Source of the DNA: Lobosporangium transversale
Taxonomy: Eukaryota
DNA length: 41,899 bases
NCBI RefSeq assembly: GCF_002105155.1
Contig: NW_019029005.1
Coordinates: 496,001 to 537,899, forward strand
Direction of reading: 5' to 3'
Every line of letters starts with the position of its first letter. Positions within the stretch are counted from its first letter, which is position 1. Positions 24,175 to 39,158 of this stretch are shown piece by piece. The notes under the pieces were generated by a model, which made no database searches, was not told the origin of the DNA, and saw only the letters and a program-made list of their open reading frames with translations. A program made the position numbers and the translations under genes.

Positions 24175-25662
24175 TCAAATTTCCTCATAAACATTCAAGT
24201 CATTGTCTATAAATAAGGGCTCATCTCCGCAGCTTTCATCTTCGCCAAGGACAACACCGTTTATAGTAGTGCCAGCTCGTGCTTTTTGTGATTGGTAATA
24301 CCGGGCAGTCTTGGATGTCGGAATCAAACCTCCTGCACTGATTCCGGCCATGGCAGCGATGCTACCTATGCTTCCGATATTGGAGAGACTTCCGGCCACC
24401 CGTCGTTGCTGCTGTGCTATATATTGTGGCGAGCATCAGCGTAAGGGTACGCGTTCCATGTATTCTGATAGTTAAGCCACCGTCGCTTCTCGGCCCATTA
24501 GTGGTCTCACCCACTGGATTTTGGTCAATGACAAAGTCATCGTCGTCACCCATACCTGGGGTTGAGGCAGTTGTTGCTCCAGATATAGTAGGCCGCAATG
24601 ACCGCAACCCTACCTCATTGTCTTTAACATTCTTCCACGCCTCTTGCAGGACTTTAACACCATGTTCATGCTGCACACCAAAACCCTTTCGCAGCCACTC
24701 ATCCTTGACTCGTACAACAACATGAACTGATGGCGAGGAACTATCCTTACTGCCAGATTTAGAAAGTGGTACAGCAATACAGCAGACAAAAGCGCCCAGT
24801 GGCGCTTCGATGAGGGTCACTAGCCCACCAAATATCGGTCAACGCTGTCTTGCTCCAGTTCTTGTACTTGAACCATCCTCCCATACCCCCACTCGAGCTT
24901 CCTCCGCCTACTTCGGATGGAAGAGTCTCAACGTCTGTGATTGATAACAATGGGATTGTTACAGGTGTATTGAGGGGGAAATAAAATGCATGAATAGTGA
25001 GATGCAGAGAACTAACTGTGATTTGATCGTCGCTGTAGAGAATTGATGGCGGTGGAGGTGGATAGCTGGATATTGATATGGATGGAGACGCGATGCTTGC
25101 TGACGCAGATGGTGAGGCGAGCAATACATCTTGACCAAGTTTTTCTTGTCGATCTTCCTTGGGTGATAATGACAAAGACGGTTGTTTTCCCGCCTTCATT
25201 TCACTCGGTCGCTGTGTCGGCTCTGTCAGGTCAGGTTGAGCCTTTGATTGTGATGGAAGTTGCGCTCTAGGCTGTAATTGTGGCTTCGCCTGTGATTGTG
25301 GAGGTTGCGGATTTTGTGGTGATTTAGGTGGGATAGCATCTTTAGTTGTACCTGGTACTGGCTTCTGAGATGCAAAAGAAGTGGCAGCAACAGCCAGTTT
25401 TGACGGTTGTCGATAAAAACACTCATCACTATCTTGCCACATCGACAGTATGGGCTGGTTCGGTTGCATTAAAGATGACAGAGTGTCACTGTGTGTCCGA
25501 GGCTCCAAAGCTTCAGTGTCTAGTACAGATGTCAGCGGCTCCGGCATATAATGAAGTTCTTGTTGCCGAGAAATACAGGTGGAAGGGGAAGAAGAACTTG
25601 AATGAGCTTTAGGCTGATTATTTTGTTGTTGCTGTCGTTGCTGTTGTAATTGCTCTTGTTTT

Positions 25663-25726
<64 letters not shown>

Positions 25727-25735
25727 CTTGATGAC

Positions 25736-25772
<37 letters not shown>

Positions 25773-27500
25773 TTGCTGTTGTTGCTGTTGTGATGTTGTT
25801 GATGTTGTTGATGTTGTTGCTGTTGTTGATGTTGTTGCTGTTGTCGTAAAGACTGTCTTTGGGGTGGTGTCGGCGCTGGGGCTGGCATTGAGGCTGGTGT
25901 TGTAGACTCAATCTTTTCGGACTGCCCCCGTTTTACTAGCGGTGCAGGACATTGAGCATTCAGAGCCCTGACAGGAGTCTTCACCTTCAATTCCTCTGGT
26001 CCTAGAGTCGGAGCAAATTCGATTTTAGGAAACATGTTCATTGAGGATGAAGGAGACATAGAAACTCGATTAGCAGGCGATCCTGACGATGAATGTGGCA
26101 ACGATGACTGCAAATCCTCAGGCAAAGTTCTTTGCAAAGAAGGAGACGTTGGCGACGCCACTGAAGCAGGCGACGATGATGGGGATGATGACGATGTGGG
26201 GATATTCCACCCCCTACTGTCCCATGCAACCCTAAAGGAGTGATCATGGATGTTGCAGGGGATGCTACCGATTCAGGTGATGGGTCTGAACTTGGCACGG
26301 CACTCTTTGCACCGCCCTGAGACGTGCTGCGGGGCGGTGTGATTCTAGCGAATGAACCTGTGCGCGCAAATACAGAGTAATCGGTTGAGACGGTTGGAAA
26401 TGCTGGTAGCTGCGCTAACGTTGAGGATGCTGATGATGAAGAGGACAAAGAGGCAGGAGAGCGCGATGATGAACGATGAGATGGCGAACTTGGTAGTGTA
26501 CTCTCTAAAGACTTGAAAAAGTCTGTAGAACTATCGTGATATTGCTGTGCCTGTCTCGTCGCTTGCTTCATCGTCTGTTGTACTTGCATTTGCTGTTTTT
26601 GTTGTAATTGCTGCTGCTGCTGCTGTTGCTGCGGCAGTGACGATAGCTGTGATGGTAGCGGTGGCTGCTGTGAAGCTGATATCGACTGTTGTTGTTGTGA
26701 TGATTGCTTGTCACGAGACGATGAGATTGATCTTTCTATCGGTCGCGTCGGTGGCATAGAAAGGGAATCAAGCGAGGGCTTGAAAAGGTCATCGAGCATG
26801 CTCAGCGAAGGGTCCTGAGGCATATTCTGCGAAGAAAGTGTCCTTGGGGTACTGGTGTCTTGAAATCACCTAGAAGTTGTGGTGTCGTAAATGGCGTGGC
26901 CTTCTTGGAGAAGCCTCGTTTACTGGGGCTACTGTCGCTACTGAGGCTATTACTGCCACTGTTATTATCCCGGTGGTGCTGCTGGCACTACTTGCACTAC
27001 CAGTACTGCAAGTCATAGCGGTTATAGATCCGTCTCCAAAGTCTACTAAATATGGCTGAACGGGCTCCGAGTTCGTGTCGACCATGTGGTCATCCTTGAG
27101 AGCCTTAGTGAGCGTTGACTTGATGGTGCCGATGCTATTGCTGCTGTCGCTGCTGCTATTCCCAGTGCTATTGCTAAAGATATCTGAGCTATAGCCTGTA
27201 CTATTACCAGCAATGCGTTGTTGCTGTTATTGTTGCGGCTACTGACATGAGTACTACTGATAGCAAGTGTATTCTCGTGTCTTGGGTCAACGACCTTGTG
27301 ATCATTCCTGTCAGGCTTGGCAATGACTGCGGATGAAGAACGGGCCACAGCTGTTTTTACGCCTGTGTTACCAGGGTGACTACGTATCCCCGAATTGAGA
27401 GTGCTTGCGCCCAAGGAGCCCATAATGCAAAATCCGAGTTGAGGGTGAAGGCTGGTGTTGATACTGAAACTGCTGAGGAAGCTGTGGTAGTTGAGAATGC
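24175..27500 (-). CDS. Large low-complexity (S/P/Q-rich) protein with a C-terminal globular, possibly PH-like domain; start uncertain
   Basis: Chain of overlapping minus-strand ORFs. Globular segment LYSDDQITVSSLHLTIHAFYFPLNTPVTIPLLSI..KNWSKTALTDIWWASD..VVVRVKDEWLRKGFGV near 24640-25040. Confidence 0.65.
25620..25845. repeat. (TGTTGC)n/(TGT)n coding microsatellite, probably polyQ on the minus strand
   Basis: Directly visible hexamer and trimer runs. Confidence 0.9.
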
Positions 27501-30005
27501 AATGATTTAAAGGGCTGTTGTTGATGCTGGTGCTGGTGCTGTTGGTGCTGATGAGAGATATGGGAAAATGAAGGACTGGATGTAATGGGTTGGGCGCAGT
27601 ACGTGGTGGACGTCTAGTGGCGGTGGAAGACTGTAAACCTGCCTCATGTCGATACTCGTGCGACTGTTTGAGCAGCCTGGCTGGATTGTTTGCACTGAAG
27701 AAAAAGGAAAAATAGATGACTAATGGGCCCAATGAGCTGTTAAAGGCCTTCTGGAAGCAAAGTATGGGATAAAACAGAGAGAATATGTCAGTGAATAGGG
27801 TACGTATGAGTGGGCTATGGCGAACAGTAAGAGAAAAAGAGTGCGAAAGAGAAATGGAATGAGCTTTTATATTGTGTGAAGACTACCCTTTTTGGCACAC
27901 ATACGAAGAACTAAAGAACAGCTCCCTCTCACTCTCTGACCCCACCTTGAGGCTGAGTAGATAGCAGAACAACTGATATCGAAACAGCCGATGATGATGG
28001 GACAAAAAGGGGAGGAAGAAAAAAGAAAAAAATGCACACTTTGAACAGGATGTGAGATGTGTAATGTGTAATGTCAATTGAATTGCTTGTGTCTATGATG
28101 CTCAATGTAAATGAAACAAAAAAAAAAAAAAAAAAAAAAAAAAAAGACTTAGTTGATATCGAACAAATTCAATGTGACCCAGGCAGGGTCAAGAGACAAG
28201 AGAGAGGAGAGGAAGAGAAGGGGCGGGAAAGGAAAGGAGAGAGAGAGGAGAGGAAAGCATGACTCTTGGATTATTACAACGGTATAATAAAAGGAACGCT
28301 ATGCGAAGCATGCATAAACATGTTATTAGAAAATGCAATACAAATAATCAAAGAATATGTGCAGACACGTAGTCATGCGCTATCCTTGACGGTAATGATG
28401 CTCTTCCATGTCTAAAAAAACTTCCTTATTTACATACTTTAAACGCACAGATCACGTCCTGGGAAAAAGCATTACGCCCAATCATAAAATCATTACTCCC
28501 AGACTACTGGATGTCACGCTCCTGCTTCTCTGGGCCCCCATATCTCCATCCTCTATCTCCTTCTTATCCTATTTTTTCCTATTTTCGTAAAATGTATCAG
28601 CTCGTCTCTGGGATTACAATGATCTTCGTCTACATTACTGTTGTCGCTGTTATATCTCAACTTCAGACCCTCATTCACTCCTCCTTACTCTAACCATCAT
28701 TATCGGTGTCGCGAAAATCTTTTGCTGTCTGAATGTTTATTCGATTGCTTTTTGAAATAAAAACGCGTTTATTCAGTCTATTCATTAGTAACAGTCATCG
28801 ATAGCTACGGAAAAGGTCAAGTCTGATCACTATCATAATATCATGTGTTGTAGAATTTGCACAAGGCCCAGATCAATATCAACAACAAACAATTAGCGAC
28901 AATCAGAAGTAGGAAGAAGAACGACCATGGGGATGTGTTTAGTTCGGCGAAACAGCCTATCAAAGTCAGCTGTTGGAATGGATTAGCATAACACTACATC
29001 GATATTGTTCCGATCTCGAGTCAATCAAAAGTGTGAGCACCATGTGCTTCCAGGCTTTGATGCAATTCCATTACTGATTGAATACAACTCGTGCAAGTAG
29101 TAAGTAATTGTCAAGAAACATCATAGAACTAGAATTTATGGCTGGGATGACAAGGCATTGGTTAAATGACATCTCGGCAGGGATCAGACTATAGAGTTAA
29201 CACAAAGCGAAACAAGAAGACTACAATAGTTACTACAACACGGCAACTGCAATTATAAACCATCGTGATAGTATGCTTTTCGAACGGTGGCAACGGCCCT
29301 ACCTTGAATTTTTAAAGCTAGGATATCAAGAGCAGTGTTATGGAATCATCTTCAAATCGACATCAACCTCTGATTGTCAATAAAATTTCCTTGCCTTGTT
29401 TTCCTCCTTCACATTTCAAGACAAAAACGCCATCGTCTTTGCCTTAAAACTGATAAAAGCCCCGTGATTGTCGTCAGCGGTACGATCTATTGTCAGTGGA
29501 TCCAGTTAGATTCAAATAACTGTCCTTCCATTTTCTTCTCAAGATGTGCAGGCATGTCCGCCACCAGCCATCACTATCATAAGAGCCATGGGATTGATGC
29601 TATCCCACATCTTATACCTCTGATAAAATTCCTGGCCAAGATAATGACATGACAGCAATGAAAAGGCCTGAAGAGAGGTGGCACTGTAATATTCACCGAC
29701 TTTCCAACTCATTCACGATATACCAAAGTTATTGGAGATGAAGTGTATAATTAAGAGGTGATGCTGATGGTGAGAGAAATGGGGTATGAATTATACCAGA
29801 GACAGGATATTGTCAAGGTATTCTATATGATTCTGATCATCTCGACTCGATTAGACTACAAGAAAAAGGAATGTATACCTCATGACATTCGTCGTTGGAT
29901 TGATTGATATGAAACAATGACAACAACACCAACAACAGACATGAAATTATGTAAAAAAAAAAAAAAAAAAAAATTTACTCAAAGTCTAGTCGCTGTCTAT
30001 TTAAT

Positions 30006-30642
30006 TTATTTACCCTTGTAGATGGGCTTCCTCTTCTCACGGAAAGCAGCAAGACCTATTTGAAACTTCATCCAAAGATTTGTAAATTCCACTTCACAGT
30101 ACAACACACACTACTGAATCTATTTTGTTTCCTCACCTCCAAACGATCCTCTGAAGGCATGATTGTGCATAACAAGCCTGCTCATACTCCAATCCAGAAT
30201 CGCTAAAGAACACAGGACAATGTTAGATAGTTGATCAATTTGCATCTAATAACTTTAAAAATGATAAATATATATATCACAGCTTAATTTACATTTCGAA
30301 CTGGGTGCCTTTATCAATAGCAGACTTGCCATACGGATAGCAAGAGGTCCATGGGTAGGATCTCACGGCTATTTCCAAGGCTTTGTCATATCCTGAATCT
30401 TCCATAACAGCATGGTTCAAGATGCCTGTGTATAAAATAGAAATAAGGGTGAGAATATATTAGATTTCTAGAAGAAATAAATTAAAAAAAAAAAAAAAAA
30501 AAAAAAAGTAAACATACCATATCCTTGGCTGTGGCCGAGTCCAAGATCTTAGACGCGAAATGAGTTCCTTAGCCTTGGGGATCCCAATTAAACGGGGAGC
30601 GTGCTGCCGCCGGCTAAAAAAAGGAAATAGTCTGTAAGAATC

Positions 30643-30675
<33 letters not shown>

Positions 30676-31750
30676 GTTTTCCTTACCCAGGAATGATCGC
30701 AAGTCTTGTTTCGACTAATCCAATCTTAACTTTCTTGTTGCCACCTCCGACTCTCATGTCACAAGCAGAGTGCCATCTCGAGACCGCCTCCAAAGCAGCA
30801 CCATCAATGACAGCAATCGTGGGATGGGCAACGTCTCAAGATCACGGAAGCTATCCCTTAAATTGGCTAGGAACTGCTTCACCTCTGTCAAGTTCATTGT
30901 GGAACGTTCCTACAGAGTATAAAAAAAGGTAGAGTTAAAGAGGTGGTATGAATGATGAAAGGAATATTACTATCACTTATAAATATTCAGGCCAAACATT
31001 GAAAACATACTCTGAGATCTGCGCCGGCACAGAACGCGCCATCTACCAGACTTCTGATGATGACGGCCCTGGCATCTCTATGATATGCATTTATATAAAG
31101 CCACCATCATGTCAGATAAATTAGTAAACAAAGTAAAATAGACAGATGTTGGCCAAATACTAATTGTTTTTGTTGATCTATTGATTACTACACGCTAAAG
31201 TAAAACAGATCTTTCATATGCTTTTGTGTATTTTTTTTTTCCTTTTTTTGCTTTCTTGTTTCCTTCGTTTTCCTACTTACTGGTCGTAACGAAGCTCCTG
31301 AAGTGCTTCACGGAATTCACGAACAAATTTACGCGAAAGAGCATTATAGGCCTTAGGACGGTTAAAGTTGATAACGGCGATACCTATAAGAAAGCGGCGT
31401 ATAGATATGGTCAATGTGGAGCGCTAATTAGCTATTGGGGCTATTGACAAGAACATATTATATTTTCACGATGTGGTTGATGGTCGTGTGGTCGTGTTGG
31501 CAATTTTTTTTTTTTTTAGCAAGAGATGTTCCACCCGTGGGAAAATTTTGGTCATTGAAATTAAACGGATTGTTGATTACCAGTGTCATCTCCTCCCAGT
31601 CGCTCGAGAAACAATCTTTGTCCTCAGAATAAGTAGCTGATGATGAAGTAGTGTTAAGAAAGCGAATGCTTTGGAATGTAGCAACCTTGGCGACAGGAGC
31701 GCGAGCGATGCATTGGGTTGGACACTGCGTGCGATGAATGTGCGAAGCAT
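30006..31750 (-). CDS. AUH: Methylglutaconyl-CoA hydratase / enoyl-CoA hydratase (AUH-like), mitochondrial, multi-exon
   Basis: INFNRPKAYNALSR, RAVIIRSLVDGAFCAGADL, PTIAVIDGAA, KIGLVETRLAIIPG, PRLIGIPKAKELI, DSGLEYEQACYAQ, LAAFREKRKPIYKGK*. Confidence 0.9.
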
Positions 31751-32080
31751 GATTGCGATGTATGAAAGTGAAAAGTAAGAAAGAAAGAGGGTTTGGTGTG
31801 CAAAAAAGTAAGTAAAACTTTTTTTAGCTTTACTTTACAACCAACCGCAATTGCGTTACTTTGTAGATCCATGGTACGTATAAATCATATCTATCAATTC
31901 ACCCATCCAGAGTACCTATAAAAATGATGTTTACTAAACCGTTTGCTATAAACAATATATTTCTCTTACAAGGACAAGCAACCATTCTCACCTGCCCTTT
32001 CATTTCGAAAAGTTGACTTCTAAATATTTAAGGCCTGCGCACCACCCCTTTTCGCAAGGCTTTCAAAGATGCTCTTCGCA

Positions 32081-33127
32081 TTACGGACACTGTGGACGCT
32101 CTCTTGGCTCACCACCCTTGTGGTCGTCATCATGTGTATTACAAGATCTCACAATCTCTTTGTTCCCATTCTCTGCCAGCTCATGACTCATCTTCCGACG
32201 AGGGGTCGGTCGGAGCGATCTAGAGGCCGTCAACAACGAATATGCGCTACAGGCACCCTGGGCCTCGGCATCATTGTGTCCTCGGACCACATGTGCGATC
32301 GTATCCTGATTCTGCTCTTCTACGTTTTTGAACTTGCGGACCATTTCCTTGACACTGCATTTACGAAATCCTCCTAGACGGTTAGGATTGGCAGCACCCC
32401 CAAAGAGCTTGATCCGCTCGGCAATAGAATCTGTTTTTGGGATCTCGACAGCAAAGCTTTGGTCGCTGCAGCTGCCTCTTCTGCAGCCTGCTTCTTCTTG
32501 AGTGCTAAACTGGCTGCTGAAAGGCTACGAGTCTGAACGTATGTGGGCGCATCAGGCTTGAATACATGGTTAGGGACGTCAGAAGCTATCAGCCCCGGCT
32601 CATTGCTCATCGCCTTGGCAGGAACAACCATCGCCATAGCCTCTTCTTCCTGTGGATCTTCGGTCAACTTGGCTGTTTTTTCAGTCAATTGACCGACGTT
32701 CTCTATGGCCTCTTCCTCCTCAATGCGCTCTTCAAGCTTAATTTCTTTTTCCTCCTCTTCTTCCACATCCTCAAGTTTTTCCTCTGCTTTTTCTTCGATC
32801 TCCTCACTCTCCTGATCCTCTTTCTTTTCCTCCTCTTCCTCCTCTTTCGTCTCTTCCTTCTCTTCCTTTTCTTCCTTCCCTCCCTTTCTCTTTTTCTTCT
32901 TGCTCCTCTGTATGCTTGAAACCGCCCTTGGCTCCCACTTTTCCTTCTTGGTCCTTTTCCTTTGACCCCTCTGGGGCAACGACCGGTTTTTCATCCAAAG
33001 AGACAGAATTATCGATATCAGAGATCAGGAATTGGTTGTCAAAGCCGAGGCTGCCATCCGTGCTAGGACTCAAAGGAAGGGCCTCTAAAGAGCCGTTGAT
33101 GTCGTTGAAGTTGTTGTTGGCTGACAT
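32081..33127 (-). CDS. Hypothetical E/K-rich protein (frameshifted)
   Basis: ATG at 33127 (MSANNNFNDING..), continuing through ORFs 32374-32994 and 32081-32344. Confidence 0.55.
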
Positions 33128-34266
33128 ATTGAAGTATTGAATCTTGTTGTTGGAGTAGCTAGAGTAGCTAGAGTAGCTGGAGTAGCTGGAGTAGATGAAA
33201 AGAAGAATATTTAAGGGAACAAAGGGGAAGTATATGCTAGAAGAGTGCAAAGCAGGTTCGTTCTTGTTTCTTCAAATGACAGTTGCTATCTCAATTTATA
33301 TTGTTTATTGGTTGTAGCTATACCTTTAATGCTGTTTAACTGTCTATTACCAATTCTTATTATGACTGTAGTATTGGGCAGGGAATATCGAACGTTTGAA
33401 GAGCTAGTCTGATTTTCAACCTGATGATTTTCTGAATGCATTGGGTCATGGTACATTCAACTTTTTTTTTAGTGTAAGATCGAACATTCGGCGTGGCTAC
33501 AAGTGACAACTATATCGGCTACTGTCAACCAAGGTAACCCTTATAAAACATCTTTCCAATTGGCCAGAGAAATATGATCATCATCGCTGGAATATAAGAT
33601 AAATAGAGTAAAAGAAAATCATCCTTCTAATCGTTTTTCTTTATCTATACACAGTACAAATGCCTCATCATCCGTCTATCCACCCTCAAAAAACAACTTT
33701 TTTGCGCTGTAAATAAGGATCTGCCAGAAGGGGTATTCGTCACTGGGCTAAAAAGGAGGAGGGAAGAGGACTTTATGGATATGCGTATAGAGTTATTACT
33801 AGGATATGTACTGCTGTGAAGTAACAATTTGTCCTGAGTCCTCAAATAATCCTGAAGGAGAATACCCTTTATTGGTCTTCATGAAAGACTTCAAACATTC
33901 TGTTGTGTTTCCTTTCTTGGATGCGCCACCAAAAAAAAATACTATTTTGTAATAAGTCACAATAAAGGTATCACTCAACCTCTCTTAATGAAGCAAATAA
34001 AACTGAACTGACACAATAAGCTTGTCGAAGTTCCTTTTCTTTCGCCTTCTTCACGATCCTATACTCCTTAAGCCTCATCATAATCATCAACCTCATCACT
34101 CTCCTTGTTTAAAACTCTTCTATATCTTACTGTTTTCCTTTCTTCACAATAAAAAATAAGTCTCTCAGACCCTCTTGATCATAACTGGGACTCTTCACCC
34201 AACCACACCGAATACCTTGAAGCTTCAAAACTTCTTTTACAGCTTAGCAACAATAACATCACTAAG

Positions 34267-36093
34267 ATGAATGCCTCTAGTAGCAGCAGTAGTGGTAGTA
34301 GTAGTAGTAACAACAGCATGAATACGTCTTTCATGTCATCTGTTGGCGAAGTAAGAACTTGCAAGTTTGCATGCAAATTACATGTCGGAAAAAAGAAAAA
34401 GCCTTACTAATGAATTAGTTTCGCCTTTTTTTTTTTTTTTTTTTTTTCTTCTTCTTCTTCCCTTTAGTCCTCTACTAGCAATACAGTTCATCATCAAATA
34501 TGGACAATATAATCGATTTAACAATACCTACGCCTGCTCGGATCATTCATCCCAGGACCTTACCAAGTGAAAGCGTCGAAATCATTGACATTCCAAGCGA
34601 TGACGAAGCACCACCCTTTCACTTAACTTTAACCAACGTTCAGGAACTACGGCGTCCAGATGGAATAATATTATAACCTTTATTGATGAACACGACACCA
34701 CAAATAGCGCAAGCAGCAGTTCTAGTAGCAGTGTCCCAACAACAACAACAACAACAACAACAATAATGGTGCCACCAATGTTAGATACGATGACAATGAT
34801 GATGTTCAAATTGTAGCAGAAATTCCTGGACGTTCTTTAGATCCCTCCAATCCTTCTTATGCAAATGGATCTTCTACAAGTAGGAATGCCACTAGGGCAA
34901 CCACGGCAGAAGACCTTCCCTATTCCACCTCTGTCCCTCAATCCCATCCTTTGTCTTTCCCCAGCCTCTTCGATTTCTTTGAAAACAATAGCAATCCCTT
35001 TTCTCGATCAGAAAGACCGCAACAACAAAGCGATCGACGTCGTCCATCGGAATCAAGGGTAGCTGAAGGTGTTATGGAACATCGTGATAGGATTTCAACA
35101 CCTGAAATGGCAACATCAACTACTGCAGGAAGAAGTGGAGTAAATACTGGAGGACGTGCCTCAAGAAGATCCCCATTGCGGCCACGGACGCAAACACCAA
35201 TCGGCCGGCAAAACTATCCAGAGCATACAACACATCCTCTGTGGCCTGACCATTGGGGCGATACAGATTATTCAGACCCTTTATTCAGATGGTTTCACAT
35301 GGACAGCCTTGTCCATGGCATCAATTATAATCCATTAACATTTTCTAGACGTCCTTCTCCTCCTCGCTATCATCATCGTCATCATCATCGTCATCATCCA
35401 TTTCAAGGTGGAAACCTTCGCTACCGTCACGCTGCTTCAGATGTAAACATAGACGAATACCTTGCTAGGTTAAGCAATATATTCGACAGCTATATCACCC
35501 CCGGTATTGGTGGTCGTGGCGGCAGGGCAACGTCGTCAACCTCATCGGATAACGAATCGTACCTGAACAAACCCGCAGTTGAACCTCGACCAGGCTATAC
35601 GAAATCGCTCAACAAGAATGTGACTATAGCTTGTCCAATATGTCAAAATGAGCTCGGACATGCTGGCAAAGAGAATACAAAACTCTGGGTGCTAGTTGGC
35701 TGTGGACATGTCATTTGCGATGAATGTATCGAAGGAATCTTTATGACCAAGGTGGCGATCAAATCTAAAGTCGCATCCAATGCTGCTACGACATCAATAG
35801 GGATGGCAGCAACATCGTCACGAAGACAATCGATCTCGAAGCGATCAGTCATTAAAGGGAAGGCTAAATGGACGGCACCTATGCCTTCGCTAGCACCAAC
35901 TAATGGAGACGAACAGTACATGGAGTCAGGAGGCAAAATGACAGAGTCAAGCGTGAATGTGAATCGTGGCACTGACACTGGCCCTAGTACAGATGGCAGC
36001 GGAACGTTCAAATTGGTCAAGCGTGCTACAGGTCAATGTCCCAGTTGTAATCGTAAGATCAAGAAGACAAGCGTGCAGCAACTGTATTTGTAA
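34267..36093 (+). CDS. SIM-containing RING protein, SUMO-targeted ubiquitin ligase-like (Slx5/Rfp/RNF4-type)
   Basis: SIM-like VEIIDIPSDDE, NIITFIDE and DDDVQIVAE. C-terminal RING CPICQ..GCGHVICDEC..CPSCNRKI..QQLYL*. Confidence 0.75.
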
Positions 36094-36274
36094 AGCACTG
36101 GAAATGAAGCTAATAGTCATAGGTTTGTCGGGTCCTCCATGAAACAATAACCCGCCATATATCTATTATTCATATACAGTCTGATCCTCACTAAAACACA
36201 GCTTATCACCAAACCAATTTTGTTCATTCATATTGTTTATTGTATTATGTGCTTTGTATTTTTCAGTACAGCGC

Positions 36275-39124
36275 TTACACAGAAGCCTCAGCAGTGGAAG
36301 CTGCATGCTGTGCAGAATATTGTGAATGCGACAATGGCTGCTGCTGTTGTTGATCCTGTCGTTCAGAATGGACAGCGGAAGAAGAAGATGAGCTACTACT
36401 AGCCTCAGCGCTCTGGCAAGGCGGATCTATGTCCATCATCTCAGCCCCAGTTTCAAGTCTATTTCCGCCCAATCCCTCTCCGGTGATTCCATCCATACCA
36501 GCACTACTGTTGTTCGGTCGGAGAGATTGTGTCGAGGATGGAGCCGTTACTAGAGTTTTTCCAAAAACATCTCCAATAGGCTCGCCGCTCCTACCAGGAA
36601 CATGACTTTGCACCGATGGTGCTTGCAATACGCCACCATTATTACCATTCTCGTAATTCGTGTTTAATGTTCTCGATATCCCGGCAGAGCTTGATACTCC
36701 AGGCTATACCACAGAATTGGGATTTAAAGAATTCGAATTAGCACAGCACAAGCGCTATTTCTTGGATTCAAAATGCAGACAAAATTCCGAATCACATGGC
36801 TCACAGCATCAATGGACTTACATTCACAACAATAACTGTTCCTTGATGTTGAGATGACGGCGACTGCAGGACGCCAAATGAAATCGATTCTGAGCCTAAG
36901 AAAAACGCTGAAGGAGATTGCTGCGCAGATGAGGTTAATGATTGGACATCACTAAAAGTCCAGTTCCGTAGGAAGAGCATGAATGTGCACGGGCTATGTT
37001 GTTGTTACCTCTCTTGCCAATCGTGATTGTGGTGTAAAATCAGCATGGGTGATGGCCGTCGACACAGATGGCTCTGCACCATGTTGTTGTGGTTCTGCGT
37101 CTCTTCTAGTATCTGGGGCATTACAATGTCCTTGTGCTTGTCTTTGTCCTTGTCTTTGTCCTTGTCTTTGTCCTTGTCTTTGTTCTTGTTCTTGTCCTGC
37201 TATAGGCTCCGCTGGCAATAACCAGCTCTCGGGAGGTGCCCAAGGTTGAAACGTGTGTGCCAGTTCTGACGGAGGTGTAGATGCATAGGCTTCAAGCCCT
37301 TCGCAATTTCGATCATTAGAAATTTCCTCTTGTCTGCGAGTTGGATTTTCAATCGCAGCGGCCACTTCTGATTATACGGAATATCCAGAAGTAAAATAAA
37401 AAAAATCCTTGCTGTCAATCACTGAAGATTGGTAGAATGACATGTTTCACAAAAAAAGCATAAAAGAATGCGGCTGCTGTATACTGATTTTCTTTGTTTC
37501 TTTTTTTCTTTTCTTTTTTTTCTTTTTTTTTCTGTAGAGACTTGTGTGTTAATGCTAAATGCCATGTCACTTCATGATTTTTGGACAATCACCTTCGGCA
37601 AGTATTTCCTCCTCAACTGGTTCATCGATTTCGACACTGTCATCAAGATCAGCAAATGTCCTGCAGAGTGGACATAAAACCCTGGATGTTGGCCATTAAA
37701 AGAGGTCGGATGCATTTGTAATGATACACAGAGAAAAGGAGCAACAAAAAGTGACTGGAAGGATGCAATGCGGAAAAGACAGATACAACAGTCAGTGGAA
37801 CTTGCTGCATTAGCTGTTGTGAGAGACCGGATGGCCTTGAGGGTATTCATCCTAGCAACAAGGAAAAACACGTATTACATTCAACTAATGTTAAATTTCT
37901 TTCTAGGGAAGTGTATACAATCAAAATCTAATCAGTGGGATGACTATAAATTCCTGCGTACCTGAATGCATTCGGTTGCTGTTGCCATGAGCGATTTAAT
38001 TCCAAACGCATCTTTACGCATCGATAGATTTCTATAACGATGAAGTAAAGAAACAATTAATCAGTGTCGGCGAGCTAATGACTCATACAATGCCTCTAAA
38101 GCTGACTCTCTGTATATGTGGGTTTTGTGTCAAAAGCTTATGTCTTCTTGGTATATCGTTATGTGACAAGTAAATGAAAACCATCGCTTCCGTATATTGA
38201 TGAGCCTCCTTCGGCTTTCTCATTCCTCTCTTATTCAATGAGCATGCTTGGCAAAACAAGAGAATAATACCGTCTGCTTTTTTTTTTTTTTTTGTGGAGG
38301 AGGTAGTCATTGTTGTTGTTGGTTCTGTTTTGGAGTCTGCTCCTCTAGAATTAACCGCTTCAGAGCTGTAATGATAACTGTATCTAACCTTGCGTGCCTC
38401 CTTGATAATCCACACCCAATTGGACAACATCCCCATCCTTGAGCTGTGTAGGCTTTGACTCTACACCCGCAGCTGACAATCGAGTATATTTAGGAATGTT
38501 CCTGAAGATGATTTCGTATCCCGGATGTAAAACTAGACAAAGTATATAAAAGAAAGCATCATAAAATATTAGAATGTGAACTTATGAATACAACTTGTTG
38601 TAAAAAGTGAATTTAAAGAATCCTTTAGCCATTTCATTGGATATTTAAAAAGGAGATGGAAGGAAAGACCGGAAATGATAGGTGAGGGGCGAAACAAAAT
38701 TAGAAACCATTCCCAAAGATAACGCCATTCTATTGGGATATGGAGATCAAATTAATAAACAATCAATATCCTTTGCAGTAAGCAAGTTAAGTGTGTGCCC
38801 AAGACTGGCTGCTCCATCGTTGATTTGATTTCTATTGTCTATAGGATTTCCTAAAAGCTATGCTTTTACCATGTCTTGTTTCACTTTGCTTATGTGATTT
38901 TTGTATTTGCCTCATGCCGAATCAATGTCCCATTATGATAGTAAAGAAAGTTTAGAAAAGTATCCGAAATAAAAAAATAAAATTCAGGGCTGCCACAATC
39001 TAGCCATCTCAAAAAGAACGGTAATTCACTCTGCTCCTTTGATGACGCTATGAATAAATGCTTTTCTTTTCTTTTTGGTTGAAGATGCAAAAAGTATCAT
39101 TGTTCCTGTATCCTGTCAGTCCAT

Positions 39125-39158
<34 letters not shown>

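Noticed and set aside
25618..25911. Poly-TA / poly-NS ORFs suggesting antifreeze-like repeats
   Set aside because: Alternative frames of a CAG/CAA microsatellite.
28700..29950. Possible decayed gene between the low-complexity gene and AUH
   Set aside because: Only short fragments with no recognisable motif.
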